A stretch of DNA of 64,000 bases from Macrostomum lignano (GCA_002269645.1 NIVC01001406.1:231804-295803); one strand, 5' to 3'; positions 54,604-64,000 are shown, numbered from the stretch's first letter. Notes: a model not told the origin generated them from the sequence alone. Numbers and translations: made by a program.

Positions 54604-55118
54604 AAATAACTGAGGTAAACCATGCATCTACTATTTAATACCTGTTCGCAATTGCCGCCAGCTAAGTCAGTCCAGAGCTGCACACAGTCGGCCGGCACCC
54701 AGGACCGGTTGGGCGGACTGTCCAAAAATTGCACGTGCACCCGGCCGGGCCGATCCGGCCGACGATTGGCTTCAAAAGTCCGGCGCCGGGTCGGATGCCG
54801 GCAGACTAGAGCGGGCCACCACGGATATGGGTCCAGCCTGGCCCAGACTAAGTCGCCTTCAGCCGGCCTGCCCGGCACTTGCTGCTGCTTATCAGTCTTA
54901 TCCTTCCGTTTCGGCGTCTTTGAAATCGATTTCTGCTTTTTAGCGGAAGAAGCAGACTGAGCAGAAGCAGAAGCAAACTTCAAACTTTTCGGCGTCTTTG
55001 CTGCGCCTGCTGGCGAAGACGAAGCGCCAGCTGACGGCGACGCGGCGGGCCAGGGCAGCTTCTTTGCCTGGCCGCTGTTCTGCGGCGAGAAGAACTGCAG
55101 AATAGACTTCTGCGACAT
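32818..55118 (-). CDS. MSH6: DNA mismatch repair protein MSH6 (MutS-alpha subunit), 14 exons, ~1418 aa
   Basis: Exons (minus): 54642-55118, 53656-53898, 53134-53245, 50011-50540, 48572-48868, 47538-47753, 45714-46681, 44471-44747, 43443-43633, 43161-43296, 41722-41931, 33920-34007, 33257-33510, 32818-33075. All have GT-AG boundaries and compatible phases, total 4257 nt. Motifs: N-terminal PIP box QKSILQFF; PWWP ([12 protein letters not shown]); MutS domain [16 protein letters not shown]; Walker [11 protein letters not shown]; Walker B/signature [13 protein letters not shown]; STHYH; C-terminal [13 protein letters not shown]. Confidence 0.97.
33081..33161. repeat. (TAG)27 microsatellite at the last MSH6 acceptor
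   Basis: Perfect trinucleotide run ending a few nt before the AG of exon 14 on the minus strand. Confidence 0.95.
33590..33873 (-). mobile_element. tRNA-derived SINE, copy in MSH6 intron 12
   Basis: The reverse complement begins with a tRNA-like head (A box TAGTCTAGTCGTTAG, B box GGTTCGATTC), then the core GTGTCCTTGAGC.AGACACTT and a (TTA)n tail; shared with five other copies. Confidence 0.85.
35065..36399 (+). CDS. Ankyrin-like repeat / C-terminal SOCS-box-like protein (ASB-like), nested antisense in MSH6 intron 11; probable intron 35515-35595
   Basis: Long GC-rich ORF starting MGQRYSS. Degenerate ankyrin-like segments ([29 protein letters not shown]) and a BC-box-like [16 protein letters not shown] followed by ...[14 protein letters not shown]. 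An AT-rich 81-nt GTAAGA...CCAG segment looks like an intron; spliced product ~417 aa. The family call is inference from motifs. Confidence 0.7.
   Translation: MGQRYSSFTGSLPHYTRLSQTSTLAMLHDAIVEGDSEVANQLIDALRVDGGARTFGAKRRKKARRQQQREQQQLYLDYRGETRFGIEIRYSQTALALAIQFGQWDTFKDLILCGLSPRAQQRMLVPGHNGQSSTRDFENALDLFVWALTKVRFVKMIHQILKEFLTAKFELSIRPNQASYYPPYLSEEQVIELTWVILRHGVSPDSLPGQLLHRVCQAAVLDLIGSSLLDMETSTVLQRSALSILCCLLQHGMNLNDGAICNLQPLYHLVLCYLANPAASLAQQLRSNSKLRLALCIIINAACNSNTGLPSVTAAGLTNRSWRSTASLWYNYAKMHGQQRKTMLVDEEDVARVLRAHWAVTETCGGRPARLALLARNHIRWALIAKNGNAETYKDLSTRMAELPGRWRLCRMVEFMDEEFLAPEISAILSRVTSDSDQFAACLP
36913..37027. repeat. Short degenerate ~30-bp tandem repeat
   Basis: About 4 copies of GGGAATTGCTGAGATGTAAAGGCT-like units, sharing their core with the 40161 array. 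Confidence 0.7.
37855..38515. repeat. Degenerate ~15-bp repeat with an internal orientation switch
   Basis: CCCGAAATATCAT units at 37855-37950, then the reverse-complement units ATGATATTTCGGGTTT at ~37983-38515. Confidence 0.85.
40161..41140. repeat. 30-bp minisatellite
   Basis: Unit ATGGAGGG(A/T)ATTGCTGAGAT(T/A)TC(CAGTCTC/AAGGTTC), ~33 copies. Confidence 0.97.
41465..41683 (-). mobile_element. tRNA-derived SINE, internally deleted copy
   Basis: Same head, core and tail as the other copies, lacking ~70 bp of the middle. Confidence 0.8.
42003..42720. repeat. 31-bp minisatellite in MSH6 intron 10
   Basis: Unit CCCTCCAGAGTCCAACAATGGGCCGCCGCTA, ~23 copies. Confidence 0.97.
43922..44376. mobile_element. 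Foldback MITE in MSH6 intron 8
   Basis: TA|CACTACGGAGAT ... ATCTCCGTAGTG|TA termini with ~190-bp imperfect inverted arms. Confidence 0.8.
44885..45585. repeat. ~26-27-bp minisatellite filling MSH6 intron 7
   Basis: GGGGATTTCCCCTCGGGTAATTTCTATT-type units containing mini-palindromes GGGGA(A/T)TTCCCC; a ~200-bp higher-order block is duplicated (see matching ORFs at 45091 and 45288). Confidence 0.92.
46812..47110 (+). mobile_element. tRNA-derived SINE, copy in MSH6 intron 6
   Basis: GGGGTTGTAGCCCAGTG head, GGTTCGATTCCC B box, conserved core, TTATTATTA tail. Confidence 0.85.
47800..48530. repeat. 28-bp minisatellite filling MSH6 intron 5
   Basis: Unit CCCCAGTGCCTGAGTTGAGTACCCTACT, ~25 copies. 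Confidence 0.97.
49038..49324 (-). mobile_element. tRNA-derived SINE, copy in MSH6 intron 4
   Basis: Near-identical to the 33590 copy, with CpGs intact. Confidence 0.85.
49555..49930. repeat. 16-bp minisatellite in MSH6 intron 4
   Basis: Unit GAAGCTCTACTACCCT, ~23 copies. Confidence 0.95.
51010..51834. repeat. ~820-bp (TCTG)n microsatellite with periodic TTAGTG interruptions
   Basis: Directly visible; the flanks resemble microsatellite-carrying non-autonomous rolling-circle elements. Confidence 0.97.
52335..52430 (+). promoter_or_regulatory. Putative Pol II core promoter of the secreted peptide gene
   Basis: GC box (GGGCGG, ~52338), TATA-like CATAAAT (~52389) and initiator-like ATCAGCA ~30 nt downstream (~52424), followed by a 5' UTR leading to the ATG at 52490. 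Confidence 0.5.
52490..52777 (+). CDS. Small secreted cysteine-rich protein, 95 aa, intronless, nested antisense in MSH6 intron 3
   Basis: Signal peptide [17 protein letters not shown]; six mature Cys spaced C-x10-C-x7-C-x13-C-x4-C-x9-C; strong C/G third-position codon bias; TATA-like and initiator-like elements upstream; AATAAA near 52969. Confidence 0.85.
   Translation: MYKLVCLFALVAFAAAAYTPEQKNEVVNDIIHEVVPVLSIDTNCLQQNGISSVTCLVSNLITCFFSSGTNISKLATCLASKCGGSAIQIISCIKL
54020..54603. repeat. 47-48-bp minisatellite plus a (CA)n(GA)n compound microsatellite in MSH6 intron 1
   Basis: Unit TTTTATTGCCCCCTGTTAATTGGGGTCACTTCTCAACCCCACCCCTTA, ~10 copies, then (CA)n(GA)n at ~54555-54603. Confidence 0.93.
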
Positions 55119-55259
55119 CTCTGGCTTCTGCTGAGCCTTTTTGCTTGTTCACCTGGGTCAATTTTTCTTATAACACCCTATAGAATTACAGCAACGTGCA
55201 GCACAACCAGCTGAAATATTTTGCTTTATGCATCAGTTTCTAGGCAACGGCTGAAATTT

Positions 55260-56215
55260 CAGAATCTTCCCTAATTCCCATTGAGAATCTTCTAATTACC
55301 ATTCGAGAGTTTTCTTAAATTCTTCTTTAATAATCTTCCCTAAGTACCCTTTGTAAATCTTCCGTAATTTTTCTTTAATAATATTTCCCTATTCCTCTTT
55401 AAGAATCTTCTCAAATTTCCCTGAAAATCTTCCCCAATTCCCTATATGAGAATCTTCCCAATTCCCCTTTGAGAATCGTCCCATTTCCCCTTTGAGAATA
55501 TTCCCCAATTCCCCATTTGAGAATCTTCCCGATTCCCCATTTGAGAATCTTCCCCAATTCCCCATATGAGAATCTTCCCGATTCCCTATTTGAGAATCTT
55601 CCCGATTCCCCTTTTGAGAATCTTCCCGATTCCTCTTTTGAGAATTTTCCCGATTCCCCTTTTGAGAAGCTTCCCCAATTCCCCTTTTGAGAAGCTTCCC
55701 CAATTCCCCATCTGAGAATCTTCCCCGGTTCCCCTTTTGAGAATCTTCCCGAATCCCCTTTTTGAGAATCTTCCCCAATTCCCCATTTAAGAAGCTTCCC
55801 CAATTCCCCATTTGAGAATCTTCCCGATTCCCCTTTAAGAATCTTCCCCAATTCCCCTTTTGAGAATCTTCCCCAAATTCCCCATTCGAGAATCTTTCCG
55901 ATTCCCCTTTCGGAATAGCTGATCAACCCCAATTCCCCATTTGAGAATCGTCCCGATTCCCCCTTTTGAGAATCTTCCTCAAATTCCCCATTTGAGAAGC
56001 TTCACCTTTTCCCATTTGAGAATCTTTCCCATTCTCATTTGAGAATCTTTCCCATTCTCATTTGAGAATCTTCCCTAACTTCCCCTTGAGAATCTTCCCA
56101 ATTCCTCTTTGAGAATCTTCCTCAATTCCCCATTTGAGAATCTTTAGCTTTTTTCCATTTGAGAATTTTCCCTAATTTTCTTTTTGGGAATCTTCTCAAT
56201 TTCCCATTTGAGAAT
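55260..56215. repeat. Degenerate ~24-bp minisatellite between the UFM1 3' end and MSH6 start
   Basis: TTGAGAATCTTCCC(C)AATTCCCC(A/T)T-type units, ~40 copies. Confidence 0.92.
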
Positions 56216-56891
56216 ATTTCGCTGCCGTAGCGAATGGGATTCTCCACTTGATCAGCTTGACTATGAAGTTGACTGACAAAGTACCATATTATATAATAGT
56301 CCTAAACATGCAGGCTCTGAAGAAATAACCAAAATTGTTTGAAAGAAGTCAAAGAAAAGATTGCAAGCAACGTCAAGCGACCCGATCCATCGCGTCTAAA
56401 CATTATTTTATATATTGCCATTTCAATATGCTATGGAGACAGAGATTATCAGCAACTGTAGGGGAATATTTAACGCACTGGAACACAGAAAAAGCAGTGA
56501 TTAACGAAGAGAAAAATGAATAAATCTGAAATAGATCCACAACATTAAAACTAACTAGTGTGAACAAAGCCAATGCATCTATAAAACATTTTTGATGATT
56601 GATTTTTTGAATCATATTCACTCTATCTTTATTATATTTAGCACAAACAAAGACTCGAAGACAAGGACAATAACAACAAAGACTTGTTAAAAATAAGATG
56701 GACTAAGATTTTATTTAGTATTAGTTCCCCCACACCAAGCACACACTACTGAAAGCGTCGTGTCGAAAATAAGTAAATAATCATTATAATTAAATACAAT
56801 TGAATTCATAACAGTAGAGGACACCAGTCAACACACAGCAATCCAATCCATCAGACCTGCACGCACACTCCGCCCAATCAATACACAAATC

Positions 56892-58337
56892 TCAAAGTCC
56901 AACTTGACCAACACGATCGCGCGGAATCAGGCGCAGCTCGGAGCCGTACTTGAGAAACACTTCGCCAGCGGTTTGCTGAGGATTAATTCCCACGCCGTCA
57001 TTAGTGATGATAGCGCTGGTGGCCGGCGGCACTTTGAACTCTTCGGCTGAGAATTTTAGCACGGCAGTGAATGGAGTGGCCTCCGGCACGCTAAGCCTGG
57101 TTCGAATGGCACAAATGGCAGTGTCAATCCAGTACTGCTATGTATACTGCTGACCCCTATGTTTAAAAATCCATATCAGTAACTGATTAATTTTCCATAA
57201 CTTCCTATAATTCACTTCCAGTAAGTCATCAACTTCACAGGCTCTTTTAACTGGCTGGGACTACATTTATGTTAACTTTAGACTCCATTATCTCAACTAC
57301 AACATGCAAATGTTGCTTGAGTAGCCAACCCTACTCAAGCCAACCCTACGCTAGGTGCTGAGAACTGAAGAGTTCCCCTCAAAAAAGCTTTGAAACTGGC
57401 AGCATGCATTCATTTCTACTAAGTCATTAAATTCTTAGCTATTGAGTTACCAATATTAATAGATACAAAAAATAGACGTACAACCTCTAGCCTAGTGGTT
57501 AGTTTTAGACTCACTCACGACTGAAAAGTCGGGGGTTCGATTCTTGACCTACTTGGAACAATTTGTGTCTTTGAGCAAGACACTTCACTCTGCATTGCTT
57601 CAGTTCGCCTAGCTGTTAAATGGGTGCCAGCATTAGCTGGGGTAATTGAGGATGTGTTGGCGACCCCCCCCCCCACCCCCAGTCCTTGGACTGAACAACC
57701 ATACACAGCCTTCAGATGCACTGCACAAAGGCATTAAAACTTTTAAAATGTGCATTCAATGTTTATGAGTTTTGAAAGATTTATCATTGAAAGCCATATT
57801 GAAATATTCTTTCTCTTCTCAAGGGGGCTGTAGCCTAGCAGTCTAATGCAGCATTCTGATATGCCAGTAGCCCAGGCTCAATTAAAAGTGCAGTCACATT
57901 AATTTGTGGCTAATATTGAAATCACAGCTTGGGTCTGTAACCTGAGTTTTTTTTGTCCATAACTTGGGTGCGATTTCGCACCCTGTGCTATATTTCAGGA
58001 TGCGATTTTCAAGACCAGGATGCGCTGCATTGCTGCAGACAAAAACTGGTGTATTCTAAGAACACGAAGTTACAGACTTAAGACGTCCATAACACTAAAT
58101 TGTGAAATCCACATCACATCCTTGCAAAAAATTCTGGTGCACTTTTTGCACGCTGAGTCAAATTTCAGGGTGCGATTTTCAAGACCAGGATGCTATTCGC
58201 ACCCATTTGCACAAAAAAACCCAGTCTGTAACCCTTATTCCATCTCCGATTTCAATATTAAAAACTTGAAAAACTTACACTTTGTATGGCAGCTTTGGGT
58301 CTGAAGTCAGTGTGATCTTAAATGTCACCTTTGACAT
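56892..58337 (-). CDS. UFM1: Ubiquitin-fold modifier 1 precursor, 2 coding exons, 87 aa
   Basis: Exon 58279-58337 gives [19 protein letters not shown](V) with a GTAAGT donor. Exon 56892-57096 gives [67 protein letters not shown]. Phase-2 intron; near-identical to metazoan UFM1. Confidence 0.97.
57484..57725 (+). mobile_element. tRNA-derived SINE, copy in the UFM1 intron
   Basis: Head TAGCCTAGTGGTTAG...GGTTCGATTC and the same core; 3' truncated. Confidence 0.8.
57942..58224. mobile_element. MITE with 8-bp TSD in the UFM1 intron
   Basis: TIRs CTG(A/G)GTTTTTTT(T)GT; direct repeat TCTGTAAC at 57934-57941 and 58225-58232; internal direct repeat GCGATTTTCAAGACCAGGATGC. Confidence 0.75.
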
Positions 58338-61300
58338 TGTTCAGCATGCAAAATGTTTAAAACAGTTAAAATGGGCTAAAATGCTTCTAAATTCATCTAA
58401 AATTCTAGGCAATACTTTGACATTGTAAATCAGTGATTTTTCTTGGCTTGTTATATTATACCAATCCTAGCATATATATTAGCATATATTCTCAATACTA
58501 TAATATCAAGATTTCTTCTATTAAAGATATCATAGTAAGCCTATTAGACCCATGCTAGTCTTATTAGCATTTTGAAAAAGCTTAAACTATTGCAGTTAAT
58601 CCGTACTCTCAATCATGTTGAATGCATGCTGGAATGCACAATAGGAAAATTTTTGTTTGTATGCCAACTGCAAACTATGTTTACTAACTGCACACCATGC
58701 TTACCAACTACATGCCAAATAAATAACCTTGATTTTCCATGAAAAATGACAAAAATATCACAAAAAGATATTCAATTTTACACAAAAAATTTAGAACTGC
58801 AAAAAAGCTTTTTTTAATTTAGACTGTTAGTAATAATCTAAACTCAGGAAGGTATACACAATAACAGACAATTCTGGTATATATAAACAAAAATGTGCAC
58901 AAATGAATGCACACAATGCATAGCAAAAGCCTAGCAGAAATTTTAGTGCATAGGGGCATAAAGCAAAAGAGGATCAGAAAATTTTGCTCATAACTGGTCA
59001 CCATACATTTGCAACCTCCCTGATTTACACTGGCCATGCGACTTACTTTTTGACTAAAATACGACTTACCTGGGAAAGAAACCCTAAAGCAAAATTAATG
59101 CAATTTTGGGTAAACAACATGAGTAACTATGACTGTCTTATAAGGGCTAAATGCCTCGTCATCTAATTAGTACTACATCTGTATTATTTGGGATGGGCAT
59201 TTTGCTACTTACCCCTGGTCCACCACAATTTATGGTGGCCAGATCGGCCAGCAGTTGTGCATGTATGATTGGTCACCATAAATGTATCATTTATGTATGC
59301 AGGACATGAAATATACATTTTGATATACATTTTTCCAAGATATAATTTGTATGTCAATTACGTAATTGTTTTAGTAAATTAAACAAAAATTTTAAATTTA
59401 AAATGGTACTTTATTATAAAGTTTTAGCTGATTTTATTTAGACGATTTTCAACATAAGCTAAATAAACAATAGAATTTTAAATAAAAATGCTTTTGATTA
59501 AATTTGCATTTTACTAGATTTTTTGGGCTATTATACATTACATTAGTATTGTCGAGAAAATAATAAGAGTAAACAACACACTACGTTTAAATTAGATGTT
59601 AAATTGAATAAGGAGCTAGTAAGTGGGTGCAGGGCCCAAACAAGTATATTTATTTACGTGGTTGAGAGAGGGGGGAGAGAAAAGATAAGAAGAAATGGGT
59701 AAGAAGGGCGAGGGCTAAAAATGCTCTAACGAGACAGAGAGGGGGGGGCTGACTGAAAAACTCACCGATCGATAATTGGAAAACAAGATAAGAATGTACA
59801 GTACGTAGAGCGCGGCAGATAGAAGATGGACTAGGCACACAGGGAATGGAAGAAAATGAAAAGGGAGAAAGTGAATTCTATTAAAGCAAGCTGCAATTTT
59901 GCGACAAGTATATAGTACTCTAGCTATGCATTTGTTAGTAATGAATATTTTATAGGCCTTAGTGTATAAATTTGTACTTCCCCTTGGTGCATAGTACATA
60001 CTCTGAAAATATGCTAAAAATTATTCTTATACACATATGATACCTTCCTGAGTATGGGTTGTAATCAATTTTTGTTACTTTTTTATTTTTGTTAAACCCA
60101 TAATCTTAGGATTATAGAACAACTATGCTAAAGCAAATCATAAAAAAAAGTTTGCTTGCATTGTACATTGGAACAAATCCTATCAAAAAAGTTTGTTTGC
60201 ACTATGCACCAGAACTATTCCTATTAAAAATTAAATACAGTTGCTTCTGCTATGTGCTAAATATTTTTTGTCAAAAAAACATAACATCTTAGTTTTTATA
60301 ACCATTTTGTTTTCTTAACTTTTAGTCTTTGAGTAAAGTCTTCCAAGTGCTGCTACCTACTGCCTACTTATTAGTATTTTCATTTAGAAAAATACAAATA
60401 AAATTTGTATTTAAATCTGTTTTATAGAAACTATAATTTTGACATATTTTAACTGAAAAAGCCACCAATATAACACTATATTAGCACTAATTTTCTGTCA
60501 ACAAAATATTATTAATTATTATCATGCAAAAACTTTTTGTCTTGTATTATTTTGCACTATATTTTTTCTCTTGTTTGCTGTTATGCTAGAATACATTAGG
60601 ATAGTGCATGTTCAACCTTTTTAGTACTAGAATTTTCTATGAAAAGGCTAGGCCTATCTAGGCCTTTATCTAACTATGGCTTTAAACTTGGTTCTTAATA
60701 ATTTATTATTAGGCCTATTTAGCAAATTAAAATTTTTATAATTTAAAAATTTAATTTTACTTTTTTTTAACATTGACATTAAAAGTAAATCAAAAAGTTT
60801 TGCAAAATACAAAGTTTATATATTGATAAATTACAATAGGCCTAGAATAATAGACCTTATTCTACTAGCATTCTTATATATTATAATTCTTTTAGAATTA
60901 TGTTATATATATAGGTATTGTTATATGATAAATGATAAAGAGAAAAAAATTCAAAAAGTATTTTTTAAATTTAAATCTTCCAAAATATAATTCATAAAGT
61001 TTTCTAATTCTAAAGCATATTTTACTAGGCCTATTGCAACCAGAATGGCTGTTGAACATGACAATATCTATGTCTACCAAGGTTAACTCTATTTGGATAG
61101 TGCCAATGTGTTACCAAATGAAGTAGGCTAGCTGGCTAGGCCTACTATAATGATCTATACAATTAAATGGTAGGAATATTGCACTAGTAAGCCTAGGCAA
61201 TTACTAGGCTATTCTAGTACCAAACAAGCAAAATAGCCTACTATAAACTAGGGCCTATTACATAAGCATTCCAAAAGAACATTTGTTTGGCAATGGCTAG

Positions 61301-63294
61301 GCCTAAAGTTCTGGCACCAGAACTTATCTCTTATTATCTAATGGCTATGGATCCAGCAGTGCCTCCTGCAGCTGCAGGCAGTTATCTACTAATTTAGTGT
61401 TTGAATATTAGATGTATCTCGTTTCGAAAGTCATCATTTGGTCCTGACTCCTGATCTCATCTTAATTCAGGAACAAAATCTCAAAAGGCCCCTATCCACC
61501 ACCCGATAAAAAGTATAATGTTTATACTATATTAGGCCTATCCATAAATTGCACTGCCAGAATACCACTACCGGATCCATACTCATTAGGCCCTACGCAC
61601 TAGTAGGTATGATGTAGACAGACACAGACTAGCTTAATTTACGAATTCTTAAAGTGCGGTTCAAATTGCTCAACATAAAAACAACTTCTCAGGGCTCCGC
61701 GCGCGAGCCATGCATTTATGCGATGATCACATTTAAAAAAACAGAAAAATCTCAAAGGATCCTAACAAAGTAACAAAGTAACAAAGGAAATTTTCTAGGG
61801 TAATCACACAAAAAATAATGCAGTATAAATGCACCACACCAATTCAGGTATGAACATATAGGAGAGCTAAAACTCTCGAACTGGTCAATGACTTTTTAAT
61901 TAAATGGTAAATCCGTTTCTGCGAAAATCTTAAAGGCCCGGTCCAGCCTAGCTGCCTCATCATTGTGCCCAAGGCAGTTTATTGTTAAGTTGACCATACA
62001 AATAGTTATAGCTGTTTTTTAATAGTTATTAATAGTTATTTTGCTATTCTTACAATACAGCATAAAATGTAAGATAGGCCTAACCATTTTTTGTTTTCCA
62101 TAAAAAATATTTCCTGAATTGCATATTACATTTTTAAGTAACAATATGATTTTGATTTAGTTTCAGATGCTTTGCTGGGACTTTATAGGGGGTAAATTGT
62201 GGGGGCACTAGTGCCAGATAAGGGGACATCATAGCACTCAGTAGCCATCCTCTAGTTTTGGTTATATCATTGCAGAAGTCATGTCAAAAAAGAATTTATA
62301 TTATATACATATTTTGGTGATCCTTCTGTACCCCGTTAAATTCCAAAAATGATTTTTTCACCTAAAAATGATATTTCAAGTAAGTTTAAGGAATTATCTT
62401 TCACCATAAGCTAAAGAAAAATTAGCTTTTTTAAAAGTAAATTTGTTTAAATATAATTATAATGCTATTTCATTTTGATTTTGTATAGTAATCACTGATA
62501 CTTTTGCTATACTTTTAATTTAGGATAAGCCAATCAATAATCATGTCTGATTGACCAGGCTTAATGACTTGAATATACTTTATATATTAATTATTCAAAC
62601 AAATTTTCTTTAAAATCAGCCTCACTTTAGCCTGAAAGATTGTGAGTCACATTTACTTGAAAAATCATTTTTAGTTTAAGAAATGTTTGGAATTTATAGG
62701 GGTAGGCCCTACTGAAAGATTGCCAATATCTTTAGTTGTATATAATTATTGTTAAATATAATTGTTGTTGTTGAAAAATTCTTGTATATTAAAAAAATAC
62801 CTTAAACTTGAATAATATGCTAAAGTGGTTTTCTAAAATGGCTAAATTGAATAGGCCTAGTATGCTAGAAATATCTGGCATAGGCCTTATCAGTAACTAA
62901 CCTTCTTAAGTATAGGCCTAAGCTAAAAATATTGAAACTTTTATAACAAATTAAGTTTATATAATTATAGTATCCAGTTAGCCTATTTTTAGTATGTGCA
63001 AAAATGATAAAAATGTAAAAAAAGTGGTCTTCTTTAGATGGCTAATATTTTTGAATATTTCAGATAGGCCTATGGCAATGTGCTTATATTCATTGAAAAA
63101 TAGATAAATAGAAGATCTTTCAAACATATAGTTTATATGTTTAGTACATACAATTACAAAGATACAGATTGTCAGACATTATATACATTTTTTACATTTT
63201 CAAAACTGCCAAATTTGCTTGAAAATATAGGGTTGGGAGGATTCATTTTTTAGTAAATGAATGCATCTCAAAAATGAGCTCAGGAGGCTCAGAA

Positions 63295-63484
63295 GGACTA
63301 GGGGGTCGCCACACACTCCTTCAATTACCCTAGCTAATGCTGGCAACCATTTTACAGCTATGTGAACTGAAGCAATGCAGAGTTAAGTGTCTTGCTCAAG
63401 GACACAGCATTGTTCAGAGTGGGTCAAGAATTTAATCAACCTTTCAATTGAGAGTCCAATGCTCTAACCACTAGGCTACAACCC
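63295..63484 (-). mobile_element. tRNA-derived SINE, CpG-decayed partial copy
   Basis: Aligns to the other copies but with most CpGs changed to TG/CA. Confidence 0.75.
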
Positions 63485-63917
63485 TACTTTTATTGTTTTT
63501 AGTGATCCTTTTTAACTAAGTTTGACTGTAGCTAGCTTCGAATTGGTAATGTATGTCAAATGGTATTAAATTCTCAAGTATTTAAAAACAAACAATAAGC
63601 TGATGGGCCTTTGGGTTTAGCCTATATGTATATTCCTAGAACCTTTAAAGTTGTTTAGGCTATCCTGTATTTAATCTTTATAGTTTTGCAAATTTGACAA
63701 TAACTCAAAGATGAACTTTTTGGACAAAATGTTTCCTAGGGATGAAGTGACCTGGACAGAGAAAGTTTTTTACTTTTTTATCCCAGCTAGGCTAGTTGCA
63801 GTTTGCAACTACATTTCAACAGAAAACGTGTTATTTTAGTTGAAAACAAACTGCTATTATTTTTTTTTATCTTTAATTGCTTCAGCGCGTTGGCCCGGCC
63901 TGTCAGTGTCACTCCAA

Positions 63918-64000
63918 ATGACGTCAACGTTGACTGTCCGCTTGATTCGATCCTTTGAGTTCAAGAATGTGCGCAACTTGGTGCTGCACTCGCTTGACCT
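63918..64000 (+). CDS. C2orf76: 5' fragment of a UPF0538 / C2orf76-like protein (runs off the window end)
   Basis: ATG at 63918 gives MTSTLTVRLIRSFEFKNVRNLVLHSLD, matching the recalled C2orf76 N-terminal pattern TVRLIRSFE. Preceded by a T-rich tract and TTCAG acceptor at 63885. Only 27 codons are visible. Confidence 0.75.
   Translation, partial: MTSTLTVRLIRSFEFKNVRNLVLHSLD

Noticed and set aside
59064-59074. ACTTACCTGG, matching the 5' end of U1 snRNA
   Set aside because: No downstream U1 similarity; it is simply the complement of a strong 5' splice site.

Overview
Eukaryotic (invertebrate animal-like) genomic DNA with AT-rich, repeat-laden introns and GC-rich exons. The style is reminiscent of macrostomid flatworms, but that is only an impression. 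Minus strand, reading right to left: a 2-exon UFM1 gene (58337-56892), a complete 14-exon MSH6 (55118-32818, ~1418 aa, with PIP box, PWWP, KFYE mismatch motif and Walker A/B intact), an intronless UBE2T (29812-29168), and an uncharacterised spliced gene with a spectrin-repeat-like segment (11202 to beyond position 1). Plus strand: two genes nested antisense inside MSH6 introns (a 95-aa secreted 6-Cys peptide at 52490-52777 and an ankyrin/SOCS-box-like gene at 35065-36399) and the start of a C2orf76/UPF0538 homolog at 63918. Mobile DNA includes a head-to-tail trimer of non-autonomous Helitrons (13752-22868), two decayed mariner elements, several MITEs with clear TIR/TSD pairs, a CACTA-like element with cargo, and six copies of a tRNA-derived SINE. 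Most introns and intergenic spacers carry their own private minisatellite, and CpG-depleted domains alternate sharply with CpG-normal ones. All exon models were assembled by hand from GT-AG sites and phase compatibility; no databases were searched.
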